Notes: a model not told the origin generated them from the letters alone. A stretch of DNA of 64,000 nt from an uncultured Methanosarcinales archaeon (GCA_964572875.1 CAZNGE010000001.1:24834-88833), one strand, 5' to 3'; positions 30,929 through 41,281 are shown, counted from the first letter of the stretch. Translations and numbers: made by a program.

Positions 30929-31935
30929 TGATCCAGAAATCAATACACATACTCACGCAGCTCCAGCATCCGAAAGGCCTGTTCGTGGCTGCGCTTGACA
31001 AGAGCACGCACTACTCAAGGCAGGCATGGATCCGCGACAACATCTACGCGAGCCTCGGCTTCGAGGCGGTTAAGAGGCATAAGGAGGTCGTGAAGGCATA
31101 CCAGGCATTGCTTGACGTGCTGAAGAAGCACGAGTACAAGATAGACTGGGCGATCGTCGAGAAGCCGCAGCATCGCTGGCAGTACATCCACGCACGGTTC
31201 GACCCTGAGACATTCGATGAGTTCCAGGAGGACTGGGGCAACAAGCAGAACGACGCCATCGGAGCTTTGCTCTTCAAGATAGGCGACCTCGAGTCCAAAG
31301 GCATAAGGGTCATACGTGACAAGGATGACGAGCGCATAATCCAGAAGCTCGTATATTATCTTAACTCAATACAATATTGGCATGACAAGGACAGCGGCAT
31401 GTGGGAGGAGAACGAGGAAGTGCATGCTTCCTCTGTCGGAGCATGCGTAGCTGGCCTCAAGAAGATATCCAAGATAGTTGATGTTCCTCAAGTTCTCATA
31501 CAGAAAGGTGAGGAAACCTTGAACCAACTCTTGCCAAGGGAATCTGACAGCAAAGACACAGACCTTGCGCTTCTGTCGCTGATCTACCCGTACAACGTGG
31601 TTTCAGATGAGCAGAGGATGCAGATACTCCAGGATGTTGAGAGAAAGCTTGTCAGGCAGCGCGGAGTGATCCGTTACGCAGCCGACTTCTATTTTAACAG
31701 GAATGGAGAAGCAGAATGGACATTCGGATTCCCTTGGCTTGCAATCATCTACAAGCAGCTGAACAGACCTGACAAGGCAGCGTTCTACATGCGCAAGACC
31801 CTTGAGGTCGTCAACAAAGCAGGCGAGCTCCCTGAGCTCTACTACGCCAACACCGACGAGCACAACGAGAACACTCCGTTGGGATGGGGCCAGAGCCTGA
31901 TGGTTGTGGCGATGACCAAGAACCAGACAGCGTAA
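30928..31935 (+). CDS. GH15-like protein resembling the phosphorylase kinase alpha/beta GH15 domain
   Basis: WIRDNIY, WGNKQNDAIG, DSGMWEE.EEVHASSVG, LPRESDSK.TDLALL, EAEW, PELY, PLGW. Confidence 0.85.
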   Translation: MIQKSIHILTQLQHPKGLFVAALDKSTHYSRQAWIRDNIYASLGFEAVKRHKEVVKAYQALLDVLKKHEYKIDWAIVEKPQHRWQYIHARFDPETFDEFQEDWGNKQNDAIGALLFKIGDLESKGIRVIRDKDDERIIQKLVYYLNSIQYWHDKDSGMWEENEEVHASSVGACVAGLKKISKIVDVPQVLIQKGEETLNQLLPRESDSKDTDLALLSLIYPYNVVSDEQRMQILQDVERKLVRQRGVIRYAADFYFNRNGEAEWTFGFPWLAIIYKQLNRPDKAAFYMRKTLEVVNKAGELPELYYANTDEHNENTPLGWGQSLMVVAMTKNQTA

Positions 31936-31939
31936 TAAG

Positions 31940-33772
31940 ATGAACCTCGAACATATCGCAGAACAGATGAGAATCAAAGGATTGACTAGACAGGCAACCC
32001 TTCTTGAGACAAGGGCAGGGCCTGTGTATCTTCTTACATTGCTACAGAAAAGATGGGAGCAGAAAGTCGTTGATTCCATCGGAGAAGATGCTTTCTATGA
32101 GCTGACTGCAGAATTCATCAGGAACCTCGGGCTTTTGAAAATAAAGAACGCTCTGGACGATTGCGAGACATTCACGCCAAAGGAAGTCGGGATGAATCCT
32201 CTTGAGATAGAGGTCAAAGGCAATGTGGATACGAAAAGCGTAAGGAAGGCAGGAAAGATATATGATGAGCTGGAAAGGCTTGCTTCCGAAGGGTCGATAA
32301 TCATAGCCAGCGAGCTTAAAGAGAGAATCTATGACGACGAGGACATGATCTACAGGATATACAAGGACTCTGACAGTTCTTACGAGTCGAGGGATTTTTT
32401 CTACAACGCATTGTTCAACAGGACAGAAAGATGCAAACGTATGTTTGACATGGACGCTCCCACAGATATTTTGGTTGACCAGATAAGGATAGTGAATGAC
32501 CTGACCGGCCCGGGAGACGCAGGATCAAGGAGAGCATTCAAGGAGCTTGAAGCCTGCTGCAGGGAGATGAAAGACGCTGGCAATGAAGACATGCACCGCT
32601 TGAAGGGAATCTTTGAAGAATCATCCTCAACAATCATCGGGATTGCCGAGAGTGTGTTGAGGTCTGAACAGCAGGATCCTGGTTCGAATGATCATCTTTT
32701 CAGTTCATGGATAGCTGAGAGGAAAAGGACTGCCAGGGAAAGGGTAATAGATAATGAAAGGAGATTGATGGATTTTGAACCTGACCCGCTAGAACGGGAA
32801 TTCATGAGGAATTCAAGTGACGAGCTGATAGTCGAGGCATTTCTTGAGAATGAATTGCTCTCCGAGGCGGCATACGAGGAGAATTCTGACACCGACAGGC
32901 TGGTAGGGATATTGATGAAAAGCCCGATACAATGCAGGCAGTATTTCATTGACATGCGCAATTCATTCCTTAACAGGTTCAGGAACGCATCGATAGGTTT
33001 CAAGCAGATCCTTGAAGGAGGACCGGTGACGAATCCTGAAGCAACTGAAGTTTCCAGTATGCAGAACCATGCAGGTTTTGCCAACATAAAGTATTCTGAT
33101 GATACAAAACAGGAGCTTGAGAGGATTGTAGAGCAGATGGACGAGCTGTTCAGGCAGCTGCCGGACATCTCAGCCCTTCCCACACCCTCAAAGCTCAAGA
33201 GGAAGAGACACCTCAAATACATCATGGAAGAGATGCCGAAAGACCCGACAGACATCACGTTCGGTAATGACTCTGGCTGCTGTATATTCGTTGATGAGGA
33301 CAGGGAAAAGATCCATAACGGAACTTTTGTCCCTGCTTACCTGCTACATCCGGAAGTGAGGATTTTCGGCCTGTACCGTGTCGAAGGAGATAAGAGGCAG
33401 AGGATGGGTATGGTTCTGGCCTTCGAGACAGGATATGAAGACAACAGGGAAGGCAAGGTCCTGGCGTGCAACAGCCTGGAGCTTTCAAGGCTCGGCATTG
33501 CAGGAGGCAATGAGACTGTTGAGAAGCTTGTTGATTATGCTGAGGACTGGCTCGCAGCCTATGCCAAGGAGAACGGCTATGATGGCGCTTGCATGGGTAG
33601 GCACAGCTATAACACTTCTGTGAATTACAGCTCGAAGACAGGCGAGACCGTAGATGAAACCCTAACATTCAGGAATTTTCCTCTTATGTTCTACAGCGAC
33701 ATACTGCAGACCAGGGACGAGCATTCTATGGCCACAAGGGATGATTCCTGCTACTGGCTCTGGAGAAAGTGA
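31940..33772 (+). CDS. Hypothetical protein, helical N-terminus and C-terminal alpha/beta domain with FGNDSGCC motif
   Basis: 610-aa ORF in tandem with neighbours; no family recognised with certainty. Confidence 0.8.
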   Translation: MNLEHIAEQMRIKGLTRQATLLETRAGPVYLLTLLQKRWEQKVVDSIGEDAFYELTAEFIRNLGLLKIKNALDDCETFTPKEVGMNPLEIEVKGNVDTKSVRKAGKIYDELERLASEGSIIIASELKERIYDDEDMIYRIYKDSDSSYESRDFFYNALFNRTERCKRMFDMDAPTDILVDQIRIVNDLTGPGDAGSRRAFKELEACCREMKDAGNEDMHRLKGIFEESSSTIIGIAESVLRSEQQDPGSNDHLFSSWIAERKRTARERVIDNERRLMDFEPDPLEREFMRNSSDELIVEAFLENELLSEAAYEENSDTDRLVGILMKSPIQCRQYFIDMRNSFLNRFRNASIGFKQILEGGPVTNPEATEVSSMQNHAGFANIKYSDDTKQELERIVEQMDELFRQLPDISALPTPSKLKRKRHLKYIMEEMPKDPTDITFGNDSGCCIFVDEDREKIHNGTFVPAYLLHPEVRIFGLYRVEGDKRQRMGMVLAFETGYEDNREGKVLACNSLELSRLGIAGGNETVEKLVDYAEDWLAAYAKENGYDGACMGRHSYNTSVNYSSKTGETVDETLTFRNFPLMFYSDILQTRDEHSMATRDDSCYWLWRK

Positions 33773-34506
33773 AACCAGAAGACACACGAACTAAAGGTGA
33801 AAAGATGCAAAGACTAAGAATCAAGCCGGTATTCATAATGAACCAGGAAGGGCTCTCTGAGCTGGAAAAGAAAGCAATCCTGGACGGAGCCAGGGAATTG
33901 CGGAGCATAGCAGGTGTTGAAGGCCTCATTGAGATCAAGGATTTGGGTGTGTGGAGAAACCGCGACCATGTCAATCCAGATGGTTCATTGAAGAGGTATC
34001 AGAGCGTGGAGTGGTACATACAAAGAGGAAAAGGAAAGAATAACAAGACAGGACAACTGAAGACAGAGTTGATACTGAATGATCTGGAACTTGAGCCTTG
34101 GAGAGATACACAGGACCATTATGACCTGCTTATCTGCCATAGAGATGTCACTTCCTTGTACTTTGATGTGGCGTTTCTAGTAGGCCAAGGGAGACCGGAT
34201 ATTGGAGCAGTGATATCCACCAACAGATTTAGAAACAGTCAACTAAGCGACAGGGAGTTGTATGAGTGCTTGAAAACTGCCGCAATACACGAACTCGGTC
34301 ACGTGTTCAGGCTGCCTGGCCAAGGAAAAAACACCTATAGGAGTGCCGGGAATGATATAGAGAACGACCATTGCACAAACGTATGCGTTATGCGACAAGG
34401 GGATCATGTCCCAAGTGATTGGGTTAGGATAAGCAGAGACAGATTGAAGAATGGCGCATTATGTAGGGAGTGCTCAAGGAATCTAAAAAAATATTTCCGG
34501 AAATGA
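33769..34506 (+). CDS. Zinc metallopeptidase, archaemetzincin (M54)-like
   Basis: HELGHVFRL, HCTNVCVMRQ, LCRECS. Start may be 33805. Confidence 0.75.
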   Translation: MKPEDTRTKGEKMQRLRIKPVFIMNQEGLSELEKKAILDGARELRSIAGVEGLIEIKDLGVWRNRDHVNPDGSLKRYQSVEWYIQRGKGKNNKTGQLKTELILNDLELEPWRDTQDHYDLLICHRDVTSLYFDVAFLVGQGRPDIGAVISTNRFRNSQLSDRELYECLKTAAIHELGHVFRLPGQGKNTYRSAGNDIENDHCTNVCVMRQGDHVPSDWVRISRDRLKNGALCRECSRNLKKYFRK

Positions 34507-34654
34507 CCTGAATATTTCTAAAATAAAACCAATATTTCGGAAATGTATGCGAACTGAGCGGAAAGTTTCTGGAAAATCAGCAAGTTTTGCGGTTTCTCGT
34601 CAATAAGACTTATTAAAATATAAAACATATCCTTTTACACGTAGGAGGTGTGAG

Positions 34655-35143
34655 ATGGTAAAAATATTGGTCTCAGTTCCCTATGCCCGAAGCTATGAAG
34701 GCGAACCGCAGATTGTCAGGGAATTAAAAGAAAATGATGAGAGGAGCCTTGGATTGTATTTACATGACTTGTTTGCAGAAGTCCCGAGAAACCAGATGGA
34801 ACTTGAAGCATTGGTCACTATGTATTGCTGGGCAGAATGTCCTACCACTCGTTGTTCATTCAGCCTTGAATACAGGACGCTGAGAGACCCGACAGAATAT
34901 GAAGGTGAAAAAGAACTATTGGCCAGCATTAAGATAAAAGAGATTATTGAAGCAGGCACTGACTTTGATATTGAAGCAGGCGTGTCACACTTTGAGATAG
35001 GGTTCGCAGGTGAAGAGGAGCTAGTGAGACCATTGGTTGAGTATTTTGAGTTCCAGCACTCACTACATTATATAAAAGTAAAGAAGTACAAAAAGTGGCA
35101 GAGGCGCAGATTAAGCCATTTAAAAACCTTCCTAAACATTTAA
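34655..35143 (+). CDS. Hypothetical protein
   Basis: 162-aa ORF preceded by AGGAGGTG SD. Confidence 0.75.
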   Translation: MVKILVSVPYARSYEGEPQIVRELKENDERSLGLYLHDLFAEVPRNQMELEALVTMYCWAECPTTRCSFSLEYRTLRDPTEYEGEKELLASIKIKEIIEAGTDFDIEAGVSHFEIGFAGEEELVRPLVEYFEFQHSLHYIKVKKYKKWQRRRLSHLKTFLNI

Positions 35144-35191
35144 TAATCTTGTTCAGCTAATTATTTTAGTGTTTTTAGGGGGGGTATTACC

Positions 35192-35629
35192 ATGTCTGAC
35201 TGCTTTGAGCTGAATAACCTTTTCGAGGGGATTGAAGGCGCTGTAAAAGGCGCCGCCCTGCTTTCTGAGGCCAAGAAGACAGTGCCTGGCTTTGCTGAAT
35301 ACTTTGACGGCAAGAGCAGGAGCAATGAGCACCTTGGCGCGAGGTTCGAGTCTGGCATACTCGATATCCAGCTGTACCGGCCAGGCAGGGGAGTGTTCTG
35401 CCTGATCAGCTATTCTACATCCATGGATGACCAGCAGACCTTGCGAGCTACCTTCTTCGGGAATGGCACCGAGTTCGCGAGCAAGAACAACTATGACGGC
35501 AAGGACGTGATCAGGGGCTATCAGGGCATAATGCTCGCTGAGACATACCAAGACGGCCAGGACAGCATGGCAGAGATGATAATCAAGATAAGGGGAGAAA
35601 AGGTCCACTTCGACATACCTATTAAATAG
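35192..35629 (+). CDS. Hypothetical protein
   Basis: 145-aa ORF with G-rich SD and genome-typical codon style. Confidence 0.7.
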   Translation: MSDCFELNNLFEGIEGAVKGAALLSEAKKTVPGFAEYFDGKSRSNEHLGARFESGILDIQLYRPGRGVFCLISYSTSMDDQQTLRATFFGNGTEFASKNNYDGKDVIRGYQGIMLAETYQDGQDSMAEMIIKIRGEKVHFDIPIK

Positions 35630-35662
35630 AATAAAGAAAAAACAAGAATATCAAAAAGATTT

Positions 35663-37567
35663 CTACCTTATCCTCACGGCCTCGAGGTTCCTTGGCGCTA
35701 CAGTCTCTATCCTGAACTGACGGTGTATACTGGACGCGAGGTCCAGGCATCGCGAGTTCTCCCCGTGGTTGATGATGACCTTCTTCGGCCTCGGCTGGCA
35801 GCGTGACACGAAGTTCATGAGCTCCCTGCGGTCAGAGTGTCCTGTGATCTCTATCTTGTGCACTTCCATCTTTATCTCGAGCACGTCAGGCTTTCCGGAA
35901 GAGTCGACCCTCATCACTATCTCCTTCTCGCCTTCGCGTATCCTCTTTCCGAGGCTGCCTTCCGGCTGGTAGCATGAGAACACGAGTGAGTTGTTCTTGT
36001 TGTCTGCGAGCGCCTTGAGATACTCAACAGATGGTCCGCCCACGAGCATTCCTGATGTCGCGACGATGAGGCAGCTTCCTGCCTCCTCGATGACCTGTTT
36101 CCTCTCCTTCTGGCTTCCCACCCTCTTGAAGATGGGTGACAGGAATGGGTTATTGTCTTTGTGGAATATCTGCTTGCGCACGGCAGAGTTCAGGAACTCT
36201 GGATATGCCGTGTGGATGGCTGTTATGTCCCACACCATGCCGTCGATATAGACAGGCATGGACTCTATCTCGCCTTTCCTGACCATCTCCTCGATGAGAA
36301 GCATGACCTCCTGAGCCCTTCCGGATCCCAGAGTGGGCAGGAGTATCTTGCCCTTGCGCGCCACAGTGTCCTTGACTATCTTCTTGAGCAGGTCATCCTG
36401 ATCTTTCACAGGAGGGAGCACGTTGTCCCTTCCGCCGTATGTGGACTCTATCATCAGTGTCTCGAGCCGGGGGAAGCGGGTCTCGGCCTGCTCAAGCAAC
36501 CTGGTCCTTGCGAACTTCATGTCCGCGGAATACAGCAGGTTGTGCAGGCCGTTGCCTATGTGCATGTGCACCATGGAGCTTCCGAGCATGTGGCCTGCGT
36601 TGTATAGCGTTATCCTCACGTCAGGAGTCACGTCAGTCACTTCATCATAACCCAGGCAGATCGTGTGCTTCACCATCTCCCTCACCTCTTCAGACGTGAA
36701 GATGGGGTCCTTGCCTTCTGACCTCATTATCTTGACCATGTCCAGCTGCAGCAGCGACATGATGTCCCTTGTGGGCAGGGTACAGTACACAGGCCCCCTG
36801 TATCCCATCTTGAACAGCCACGGCACAAGCCCTGAATGGTCCAGGTGCGCGTGGGTGACTATGACCGCGTCGAGCTCGTCAATCTTGAACTCAGGTGCCT
36901 CCAGGAACGGGTATGCCTCGTTGTCTGAGGCCACGTTTATGCCGCAGTCGAGCAGCACCCTCGATTCCGGCGTCTGGAGGAAAACGGCTGACCTTCCGAC
37001 CTGCCTCGCGCCTCCAAGATATGTTACGCGGACCCATTCCTCTTTCTTGCCCCTTATCCAGCCGTCGTATATCCTGTGCCCTGTCTTGTCGAGGAATTTC
37101 TTCCTGTAATCTGAATTGTCGTACAATACTGCCCTTATGCTCTCGATGAGCTTCGACCTTATCGCAGGGGTCCTCTTTATCAGCGGGACCCAGAGGACCT
37201 TCTCCCTTATCGACCTAAGTAGCTCGCCCTGCTTGCCGATGACAAGCCCTGGCTTCTCGGCGTGTATTATCACCATTGATCTCTGGGTGTCGAATATCAC
37301 ATCGCTGAGGCCTGCTTCCTCAGGGACGAGGTCCTTGATCACGCTCTCTGCCTTCTCCATCTCCATGCAGATGGCAGGGTCGGGCCTGAGCTCTATCCTC
37401 TTCTTGATCATGTCCACTATGCCCTTGATTATGCCTTTGTTGTCCAGGAAGAAGTCCTTGTCTTTGGTGTAGAGCACTATGTTGGCCCCTTCGAACGCCA
37501 TGTCGCTTATCTTGTTCGGCGGCAGGTGTTTCTGTATCTCATTCAGTATGTTTCCCAAAAGTATCAC
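35663..37567 (-). CDS. fttA: beta-CASP ribonuclease aCPSF1 / transcription termination factor FttA
   Basis: N-terminal KH domains (FEGANIV, PGLVIGKQG), GGARQVGRS, THAHLDHSG, AGHMLGS, ESTYGG, GHSDR, NHGE. Confidence 0.95.
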   Translation of the reverse strand: MILLGNILNEIQKHLPPNKISDMAFEGANIVLYTKDKDFFLDNKGIIKGIVDMIKKRIELRPDPAICMEMEKAESVIKDLVPEEAGLSDVIFDTQRSMVIIHAEKPGLVIGKQGELLRSIREKVLWVPLIKRTPAIRSKLIESIRAVLYDNSDYRKKFLDKTGHRIYDGWIRGKKEEWVRVTYLGGARQVGRSAVFLQTPESRVLLDCGINVASDNEAYPFLEAPEFKIDELDAVIVTHAHLDHSGLVPWLFKMGYRGPVYCTLPTRDIMSLLQLDMVKIMRSEGKDPIFTSEEVREMVKHTICLGYDEVTDVTPDVRITLYNAGHMLGSSMVHMHIGNGLHNLLYSADMKFARTRLLEQAETRFPRLETLMIESTYGGRDNVLPPVKDQDDLLKKIVKDTVARKGKILLPTLGSGRAQEVMLLIEEMVRKGEIESMPVYIDGMVWDITAIHTAYPEFLNSAVRKQIFHKDNNPFLSPIFKRVGSQKERKQVIEEAGSCLIVATSGMLVGGPSVEYLKALADNKNNSLVFSCYQPEGSLGKRIREGEKEIVMRVDSSGKPDVLEIKMEVHKIEITGHSDRRELMNFVSRCQPRPKKVIINHGENSRCLDLASSIHRQFRIETVAPRNLEAVRIR

Positions 37568-37682
37568 CTTATCATATCAGAATATTTGTCCAATGATTGT
37601 TCTCTTATTCCTATTTATTGTCTTATTTCTTGTTTTCTAGATCTTGGAAAAGATTAAATGAAAATTAAAAAATAGAGAAGGA

Positions 37683-38327
37683 TTATTCCTTCACTCCCGT
37701 GTCTATCTTCTTTGTCAGAACTTTTTCCACGCCTGAGGATGTTACCACGACAATGTCAATGCCGTTTCCTGATGCAGAATCCCTCTGCAGCGCAGCATTT
37801 AGCGACTTGATTGCGAGGCTCTTGCCTTCCTCGACTGACAGCCCTTCCTCGTACAGGGTCTCCAGCACTCCGTACGCGAACACGCTGCCTGATCCTGAAG
37901 CCAGATAGTCATCTGCCTCGGATATGGACCCGTCAGGGTATATGTCATATATTTGCAGTCCTGTGCGGTCTGCTCCTGCGAACAGGAAATGGGATATCCC
38001 CGGTATCATGCTCATCTTGCGTATGTTTGAGTATACCATGCCTGCGAGCAGGTTGGCGGATTCCTTCACAGACACATTCTTGTTTGTCCTCAGCTTCTTT
38101 AGCCTGATCTCTGCCTTTATCAGCTTGAGCAGGAGCTGGACATCAGAGACCGTGCCTGCTGTGGTCAATGCCATGTAGTCCTCTATCGGAAAGATCTTGT
38201 CGACCCATTTGTTCGCGATGAGGTTACCTGCTGTTGCCCGCTTGTCGGCTGCAAGCACGATTCCGTCCTTGCACCTTAGGGCTATTGTTGTTGTGCCGGT
38301 TTTCATCCTATCAATATCATCTGCCAT
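37683..38327 (-). CDS. psmB: Proteasome beta subunit
   Basis: Propeptide then KTG/TTT, AADKRATAG, GSGS, RDSASGNG; conserved adjacency to aCPSF1. Confidence 0.96.
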   Translation of the reverse strand: MADDIDRMKTGTTTIALRCKDGIVLAADKRATAGNLIANKWVDKIFPIEDYMALTTAGTVSDVQLLLKLIKAEIRLKKLRTNKNVSVKESANLLAGMVYSNIRKMSMIPGISHFLFAGADRTGLQIYDIYPDGSISEADDYLASGSGSVFAYGVLETLYEEGLSVEEGKSLAIKSLNAALQRDSASGNGIDIVVVTSSGVEKVLTKKIDTGVKE

Positions 38328-38480
38328 GGATAACACCTATAAGCCTTCAGAACTCATTTTTATCGATTCTCGAAGAACTATGCATCCATTTAAAAAACGC
38401 TTATATTTAAAGCTTTCGTATTCTAAGGGCTCCAGTAACTAAGATAAAGCTTAAAACAAAGAAAAAAAGGCTTATACGCC

Positions 38481-39572
38481 TTATCTCCTGCGTTTGAGCA
38501 CGGCGACTATCACGATTATGCCTGCCACTATGAGCACCAGGTTCGTGATGAGCACTATTGCGACCCACTTGTTCTTGTCCCACCAGCTCTGCTGCGTGTA
38601 TGTCGTCCTTGGTGTCGCTACAGCTATTGTCGCAGGCCTTACATAGGACGAGCTCGGTGCCGGCTCTGTCACGACACTCACGGGCTCAGGCTCTGGCTCA
38701 GGCTGAGGCTGCTGCTGGACAGGCTGAGGCTGCGGTTCTGGCGCAGGTTCCGGTTCTGGTTCAGGTGCTGCGCAGCTGTCCACCTCAAGATAGAGCACGT
38801 CCTCAAGGGTCTCCCTGCCATCCCTATAGAGTACCCTTATGTTGACCGGATACTCACCTTCCTTTACGTCTTCAAGGTCTATCGTGTCTGAGAAATCATA
38901 CTCATTGTCATCGTCATCTATGTCTTCAACGAGCGTGAAATCAAGGCGCTTGTTATAGTTAAGCCCGGGCGCGTCTATTACCATCTCCACGTCCTCGTCT
39001 TCCTTTCCTGTATCGATCAGGTTGATTATCAGGGTAGAAGAGCTTCCGCATTCTGCTTTTTCAGGGGAAAGCTCCTTTCTGAGGAACCTGATTTCATGGC
39101 TCTTCTTTTTGACATCCACATCCAGGTCAAGATCCACTATATGCCTGGTATTGTTCTTGTCCTTTCCTTCGACATGGATGGTGAGCTTATAGGTATCATC
39201 AGTATAAAGCTTGAGCGGTATCGGGAACTCTATCCTCACTGTCTTGTCCCTTTCACCCCGAAGGTCGAAATCATCCGAAGACTCCTCCAGGTCATCACCG
39301 TCGTCTATCTCTTCGAGTACAGCATCAACATCTATGTTCTCTATCTCCCCTCCTTCGACATCAGAGCCATATAGGTTTGCGACCTTTATCTTCAGCACGA
39401 GGAGCGAGTCAGGGATCACATCTATGGTGCCTCCGTTCTCGTCAGCCGACTGCCTGTCGCCATCGACCTCTGCTGTCAGGTCGCTTATCTCCAGCATGCT
39501 CGCTGCCGAGACTGCTGCTGAAAGAAGCACTAAGAATAACATCAATGCCATGCATTTTGCGAATTTCCTCAT
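38481..39572 (-). CDS. Cell-surface protein: signal peptide, acidic beta-rich (Ig/CARDB-like) domains, Pro/Glu/Gln linker, C-terminal TM anchor
   Basis: Hydrophobic N-terminus, PEPEPEPAPEPQPQP linker, C-terminal TM plus KRRR. Confidence 0.8.
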   Translation of the reverse strand: MRKFAKCMALMLFLVLLSAAVSAASMLEISDLTAEVDGDRQSADENGGTIDVIPDSLLVLKIKVANLYGSDVEGGEIENIDVDAVLEEIDDGDDLEESSDDFDLRGERDKTVRIEFPIPLKLYTDDTYKLTIHVEGKDKNNTRHIVDLDLDVDVKKKSHEIRFLRKELSPEKAECGSSSTLIINLIDTGKEDEDVEMVIDAPGLNYNKRLDFTLVEDIDDDDNEYDFSDTIDLEDVKEGEYPVNIRVLYRDGRETLEDVLYLEVDSCAAPEPEPEPAPEPQPQPVQQQPQPEPEPEPVSVVTEPAPSSSYVRPATIAVATPRTTYTQQSWWDKNKWVAIVLITNLVLIVAGIIVIVAVLKRRR

Positions 39573-39829
39573 TTTCAATTACACCCCATCTGTATCGGTA
39601 TTAGATGATTATGAAATACATACGAATGATTCATCCGTATGATATACATCCATATATCCCTATGAGAAGACAGCCGTCTGACTCCCCCCTACAGGAATCA
39701 CCGCTTTTTTATCACTAGGCGATAAACATGACCCTAAAAATATAAATAACTTGTGTCGTCATGCATGTGGTACGAAAAGGACCGTATTTAAGTTTTACAG
39801 ATTATATAGGAGAAAAAGGGAACTGTATC

Positions 39830-41281
39830 CTAATAGCTCTTGCTGAAATAGATGTTCCACTTCGCGTCCTTGCCGCAGTGCACGCACTTGCTGCCTTCAG
39901 GTGCATGTGGATTGTCCATCGGTATGCATCTTGAGGTGGCTCCGCCTGTCTTGTCCTTTATCAAGTCCTCGCATTCCGGCTCCCCGCAGAACACGGTCTT
40001 GACAAGCTTACGTTCTTTTATCGCCTGGACAAGTGCGTCCATGTCCGCGACCTCGACTATGCTTTTCTCCAGGTTCTGCTTCGCCTTCTCGAAAAGCCTG
40101 TTCTGCATCTGCTGCAATAGCTCCGGCACTGCTGCCTTGAGGTCGTGGACCTTGATGAACTGCTTCTCTCCTGTGTCGCGTACTACCGCGGTGACCTGGT
40201 CTGCCTCCATGTCCTTGGGCCCGAACTCGAGCCTCAACGGCACTCCCTTGAGCTCCCATTCATTGAACTTCCATCCAGGGCTGTAATCCTCCCTGTCGTC
40301 AAGCACCGCGTCGAAATCCTTGAGCAGCTCCTTGATCTCCTGGCACTTGTGCAGCACCTTGTCCATGGTCTCCTCGAAGAGGATAGGGACTATCACTACC
40401 TTATTCGGCGCCATGCTTGGCGGCAGCACAAGGCCTTTGTTGTCTGAGTGCTGCATTATGGTCGTGCCTATCAGCCTTGTTGATATCCCCCAGCTCGACT
40501 GCCAGGGCAGCTTCTGCTCCCCGTCCTTATCCTGGAAGCTCAGCCCGAACGCTTCAGCAAATCCCTGGCCGAGGTTATGGCTTGTGCCGCACTGTATCGC
40601 TTTTCCGTCCGGCATGAATGCCTCGATGGTCATTGTGTATTTCGCTCCTGCGAACTTCTCCTTGTCTGTCTTCTTTCCGTATATGACGGGCACTGCAAGG
40701 AGCTTCTCTGCGAGGTCCTTGTATTCCATCAGGAACAGCTCGACCTCCCTGTCGCAGTCTGCCTCTGTCTCGTAGACGCAGTGGCCTTCCTGCCATAGGA
40801 ACTCCCTGCTTCTCAGGAACAGTTTTGTCGCCTGGGTCTCCCACCTTACGACATTGGCCCATTGGTTTATGCGGATCGGCAGGTCTCTCCAGCTCCTCAG
40901 CCATCTTGAGTATGAATCATACATTATGGTTTCAGAAGTGGGCCTTATGGCAAGCCTTTCGCTGCCTTCCTCATCCCTGTTGGCGATCCACGCAACCTCT
41001 GGAGAGAATCCTTCTGCGTGCTTCGCCTCCTTGTGGAAGAATGATTCGGGTATGAACAGCGGGAAGTATGCGTTCTGCACGCCCCTGTACTTCATGCGCC
41101 TGTTGAAGTATTCCTGTATCTTCTCCCACATCGCATAGCCAAGCGGCCTGAGTATATAGCACCCTTTCACAGGCGCGTAGTCCGCAACCTCAGACTTGAG
41201 GCATACCTGCTGGTACCACTCTGCCATGTCTTCTTCCTTCTTGACGGTTATGCCAAGCTGCTTTTCCTTCTCATCTGCCAT
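39830..41281 (-). CDS. proS: Prolyl-tRNA synthetase (archaeal/eukaryotic type)
   Basis: RPTSET, NVVRWE, FLRSREFLWQEGH, GTSHNLGQ, SWGISTR, C-terminal zinc domain ending KSY. Confidence 0.97.
   Translation of the reverse strand: MADEKEKQLGITVKKEEDMAEWYQQVCLKSEVADYAPVKGCYILRPLGYAMWEKIQEYFNRRMKYRGVQNAYFPLFIPESFFHKEAKHAEGFSPEVAWIANRDEEGSERLAIRPTSETIMYDSYSRWLRSWRDLPIRINQWANVVRWETQATKLFLRSREFLWQEGHCVYETEADCDREVELFLMEYKDLAEKLLAVPVIYGKKTDKEKFAGAKYTMTIEAFMPDGKAIQCGTSHNLGQGFAEAFGLSFQDKDGEQKLPWQSSWGISTRLIGTTIMQHSDNKGLVLPPSMAPNKVVIVPILFEETMDKVLHKCQEIKELLKDFDAVLDDREDYSPGWKFNEWELKGVPLRLEFGPKDMEADQVTAVVRDTGEKQFIKVHDLKAAVPELLQQMQNRLFEKAKQNLEKSIVEVADMDALVQAIKERKLVKTVFCGEPECEDLIKDKTGGATSRCIPMDNPHAPEGSKCVHCGKDAKWNIYFSKSY

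Noticed and set aside
30296..35629. Integrated mobile element or defence island
   Set aside because: No integrase, transposase, att repeats or recognisable defence domains.
39619..39727. Hairpins upstream of the surface-protein gene as a riboswitch
   Set aside because: Inverted repeats exist (CATACGAATGA/TCATCCGTATG) but no recognisable aptamer consensus.
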